From assembly GCF_030144855.1 (NCBI RefSeq), contig NC_082712.1, positions 90,210,001 through 90,274,000 of the forward strand: a DNA stretch of 64,000 nt, given 5' to 3'. How positions within the stretch are numbered: position 1 is the stretch's first letter; each line of letters starts with the position of its first letter. The notes below the pieces were generated by a model, which ran no database searches, was not told the origin of the DNA, and was given only the letters and a program-made list of their open reading frames with translations. The position numbers and the translations under genes are program-made. This DNA comes from Hypanus sabinus. Its lineage: Eukaryota. This document shows, piece after piece, positions 61,274 through 64,000 of this stretch.

Positions 61274-62877
61274 CAAACCCCATTTCCAGAAAAGTTGGGA
61301 TATTTTCCAAAATGCAACAAAAACAAAAATCTGTGATATGTTAATTCACGTGAATCTTTATTTAACTGACAAAAGTACAAAGAAAAGATTTTCAATAGTT
61401 TTACTGACCAACTTGATTGTATTTTGTAAATATACACAAATTTAGAATTTGATGGCTGCAACACACTCAACAAGGGTTGGGACAGAGGCATGTTTACCAT
61501 TGTGTTACATCACCTTTCCTTTTAATAACACTTTTTAATCGTTTTGGAACTGAGAATACTAATTGTAGTAGATTTGCAATTGGAAATTTTGTCCATTCTT
61601 GCTTGATATAAGACTTTAGCTGCTCAACAGTCCGTGGTCTCCGTTGTCTGATTCTCCTCTTCATGATGCGCCATACATTTTCAATAGGAGATAGATCTGG
61701 ACTGGCAGCAGGCCAGTCAAGCACACGCACTCTGTGTCTACAAAGCCACGCTGTTGTAGCCCGTGCAGAATGTGGTCTGGCATTGTCCTGCTGAAATAAG
61801 CATGGACGTCCCGGGAAGAGACATCGCCTTAATGGCAACATATGTCTCTATAAAATCCTTATATACGCCTCAGAGTCAATGGTACCTTCACCTGCATGCA
61901 ACTCACCCATGCCATGGGCACTGATGCACCCCCATACCATCACAGATGCTGGCTTTTGCACCTTTCGCTGATAACAAACAGGATGGTCGTTTTCATCTTT
62001 GGCACGGAGAACTCGACGCCCGTTTTTTCCGAAAACTAGCTGAAATGTGTAATCATCTGACCACAGCACACGTTTCCACAGTCTTTCGGTCCATCTGAGA
62101 TGAGCTCGGGCCCAGAGAACTCGCCAGCATTTCTTCATAGAGTTGATGTATGGCTTCCTCCTTGCGTAATACAGTTTCAAGTTGCATTTCTGGATGCAGC
62201 GACGGACTGTGTTAAGTGACAATGGTTTTCCGAAGTATTCCCAAGCCCAGGTGGTTATAATTGTCACGGTAGCATGACGGTTTCTTAGGCAGTGCCGCCT
62301 GAGGGCTCGAAGATTACGCGCATTCAACAGTGGTTTCCGATCTTGCCCTTTACGCACTGAGATGTCTCTGAATTCTCTGAATCTTTTCACAATATTATGT
62401 ACTGTCGATGTTGAAAGACCTAAATTCTCTGCAATCTTGTGTTGGGAAATGTTCCTTTTGAACTGACTAACAATTCTCTTACGAATTTTGGCACAAAGGG
62501 GTGAGCCATGACCCATCGTTGCTTGCAAAAACTGAGCCTTTGATGTACGCTACTTTTATATCCAGTGATGATACCTCACCTGCTACCAATTAGCCTGCTT
62601 AATGTGGAGTCTTCCAAACTGGTGTTATTTGAATATTCTGTGCACTTTTCAATCTTATTTTAACTCTGTCCCAACTTTTGCTGAGTGTGTTGCAGCCATC
62701 AAATTCTAAATTTGTGTATATTTACAAAATACAATTAAGTTGGTCAGTAAAACTATTGAAAATCTTTTCTTTGTACTTTTGTCAGTTAAATAAAGATTCA
62801 CATGAATTAACATATCACAGATTTTTGTTTTTGTTGCATTTTGGAAAATATCCCAACTTTTCTGGAAATGGGGTTTG
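61274..62877 (-). mobile_element. Full-length Tc1 (DD34E) transposon with 213-bp TIRs
   Basis: TA TSD on both sides; TIRs 61274-61486 and 62665-62877; transposase from ATG 62516 to 61494 (340 codons plus stop) with WSD, QDNA and PIE motifs; one in-frame TAG at 61848-61850. Confidence 0.95.
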
Positions 62878-62945
62878 TACAAAGGACTTTACTTCTTTCA
62901 CGGGTCCTTGTTCTCACCAGACCAGTCAAGTGCGGATCCGTGCAG

Positions 62946-63141
62946 TGAGGTCTGGGAGGAATTGTCAATGGTCAGTGCAGAGGATGTGGAGTGGTGAGGT
63001 CTGGGAGGAATTGTCAATGGTCAGTGCAGAGGATGCGGAGTGATGAGGTCTGGGAGGAGTTGTCAATGGTCAGTGCAGAGGATGTGGAGTGGTGAGGTCT
63101 GGGAGGAATTGTCAATGGTCAGTGCAGGGGATGTGGAGTGG
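62946..63141. repeat. Four 49-bp tandem copies within the Tx1 fragment
   Basis: Unit tgaggtctgggaggaattgtcaatggtcagtgcagaggatgtggagtgg starting at 62946, 62995, 63044 and 63093. Confidence 0.95.
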
Positions 63142-63489
63142 CTGGATGCTCCCATCCTTGAACTGGGTTGTCTACAGCCCTTCAGAAACTCCAGAGGGTC
63201 AAGTCCCCTGGCCTAAATGGCCTGACCATTGAGTTATTTCAGGTTCTGTGGCACATCCCGGGGGATGATTATAGTCTTGCTCAGCCAGAATTGCTCATTG
63301 GACCTAGGCCGTGGAATCTTACACATAAGCTAACCCTCAAACTCTGAGCGGTCTCTCATCGACAATCCAGTCCCTTTTGGAGATGCAGGTAGGACTACAC
63401 CTCCACACCATCCAGTTCCTAGCTCTTGTTCACCGTCCCGACCTGGCGTGGGGGTCGGCCTTGATGAGGATGGGGATATGTTAGTTCAG

Positions 63490-64000
63490 AGTCATAGAGT
63501 CACAGGAAAGTACAGCACAGAGACAGGCCCTTCAGCCCATCTAGTTCATGTGGAAACCATTTAAACTGCCTACTCCCATCAACCTGCACCGGGACCAGAG
63601 CCCTCCATATCCCTACTGTCCATGTACCCATCCAAAATTCTTGAAAAGGTTGAAATTGAACTCAGATGGACCACTTGTGCTGGCAGCTCATTTTGCACTC
63701 TCACAACCCTCTGATTGAAGACATTTTCCCTCATGTTCCCCTTCAACTTCTCACCTTTCACCCTTAACCCATGACCTCTGGTTGTAGTCCCACCAATCCG
63801 CTGTGGAAAAAGCCTGCTTGCATTTACCCTCTCTATATCCCTCATAGTTTTATCTCTATCAAATCTCCTCTTAGTCTTCTACATTCTAAAGAATACAGTC
63901 CTAACCTATTCAATCTGTCCATATAACTCAAGTCCTCCAGACCCGGCAACATCCTTGTGAATTTTCTCTGCACTCCTTAGACTTTGTTTACACACTTCCT
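63490..64000 (-). mobile_element. CR1 LINE 3' fragment
   Basis: MRDIERVN..TTRGHGLRV..FNQRVV; catagagtca tail. Confidence 0.88.

Larger units (their letters stand above)
60780..63470 (+). mobile_element. Tx1-type LINE ORF2 fragment, split by the Tc1 element
   Basis: FLCQEYTRGSTKK, RSPFFYLLEKWW, TDPDAI on the left; WEELSMVSAED, KSPGLNGLTIELFQ on the right; rejoins across the TA duplication. Confidence 0.75.

Overview
Eukaryotic, repeat-dense genomic DNA, most likely from a cartilaginous fish (probably a ray), judging by the CR1, Rex/Babar, HE1-like SINE and Penelope-like families. Most of the window is transposon-derived and most ORF-track entries are retroelement fragments or their antisense. 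Two host genes on the + strand can be assembled by hand from phase-1 exons. Gene 1 has an IgV exon (11570-11896) and a terminal exon ending in a GPI-signal-like hydrophobic tail (14177-14274); its B-strand Cys is replaced by Phe and its leader exon was not found. Gene 2 has a leader (52740-52803), a germline-joined VJ-type IgV exon (56554-56916) and a TM exon (59164-59286), and resembles TMIGD2/CD28H and NKp30; its cytoplasmic exon(s) were not found in the window. The most unexpected element is a TSD-bounded Gypsy LTR derivative (14396-17180) carrying an in-frame mosaic of sarcomeric myosin rod (MYH16-like) sequence. Also present: a Gmr1-like Gypsy deletion derivative, a full-length degenerate L1, a near full-length CR1, a five-layer hAT/CR1/LTR nest, a Tc1 whose transposase has a single in-frame stop, and a 52-bp satellite. 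Homology calls come from recalled sequences, not database searches. Boundaries of elements without TSDs are approximate.
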